Shown piece by piece: positions 63,937 through 64,000 of a stretch of DNA of 64,000 nucleotides (position 1 is its first letter; the number at the start of each line of letters is the position of its first letter). Origin of the DNA: Stegostoma tigrinum (lineage: Eukaryota). A model generated the notes under the pieces. It had not been told where the DNA came from, searched no databases, and was given only the letters and a program-made list of their open reading frames with translations. The position numbers and the translations under genes are program-made. The DNA lies in NCBI RefSeq assembly GCF_030684315.1, contig NC_081387.1:5746497-5810496 (forward strand), in the 5' to 3' direction.

Positions 63937-64000
63937 TGCCGTGACTTGTATAACTAGTGCTCCAGCCAGCGATACTGCCACCATGACCAGTATTACTGAC

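Noticed and set aside
63777-64000. CRISPR-like array
   Set aside because: Eukaryotic context, no unique spacers and no cas genes; it is a tandem repeat

Overview
Repeat-dense vertebrate genomic DNA, most likely from a cartilaginous fish (shark). This is inferred from the CR1/Penelope/HE1-type repeats and the style of the MHC class I exons. I see no intact protein-coding gene. The non-repeat content is a cluster of decayed immune genes. (1) A minus-strand very-large-inducible-GTPase (GVIN1/URGCP family) pseudogene at about 12.2-18.7 kb, interrupted by a young CR1 and by Penelope-end inserts, with a possible CARD-like exon and a septin/AIG1-like GTPase fragment upstream on the same strand. (2) A minus-strand non-classical MHC class I-like gene with alpha1, alpha2, alpha3, TM and two cytoplasmic exons (about 43.7-59.2 kb). 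Its alpha2 exon is open but lacks the first Cys, and the other exons carry lesions. (3) Class I debris: an alpha3 half-exon (minus, 34.9 kb) and a TM plus cytoplasmic exon set (plus, 38.7-39.6 kb). The rest is CR1, L2/Rex-type and Tx1 LINE pieces, SINEs, and many Penelope-like elements. These include a size series of fold-back Penelope-end inserts with long target-site duplications and a hammerhead-ribozyme-like CTGA(T/A)GA...GAAAC motif. A perfect 95-bp inverted repeat and a 78-bp tandem duplication lie at the right end, and an N-gap occupies 47514-47664. All calls were made by eye, and repeat boundaries are approximate.
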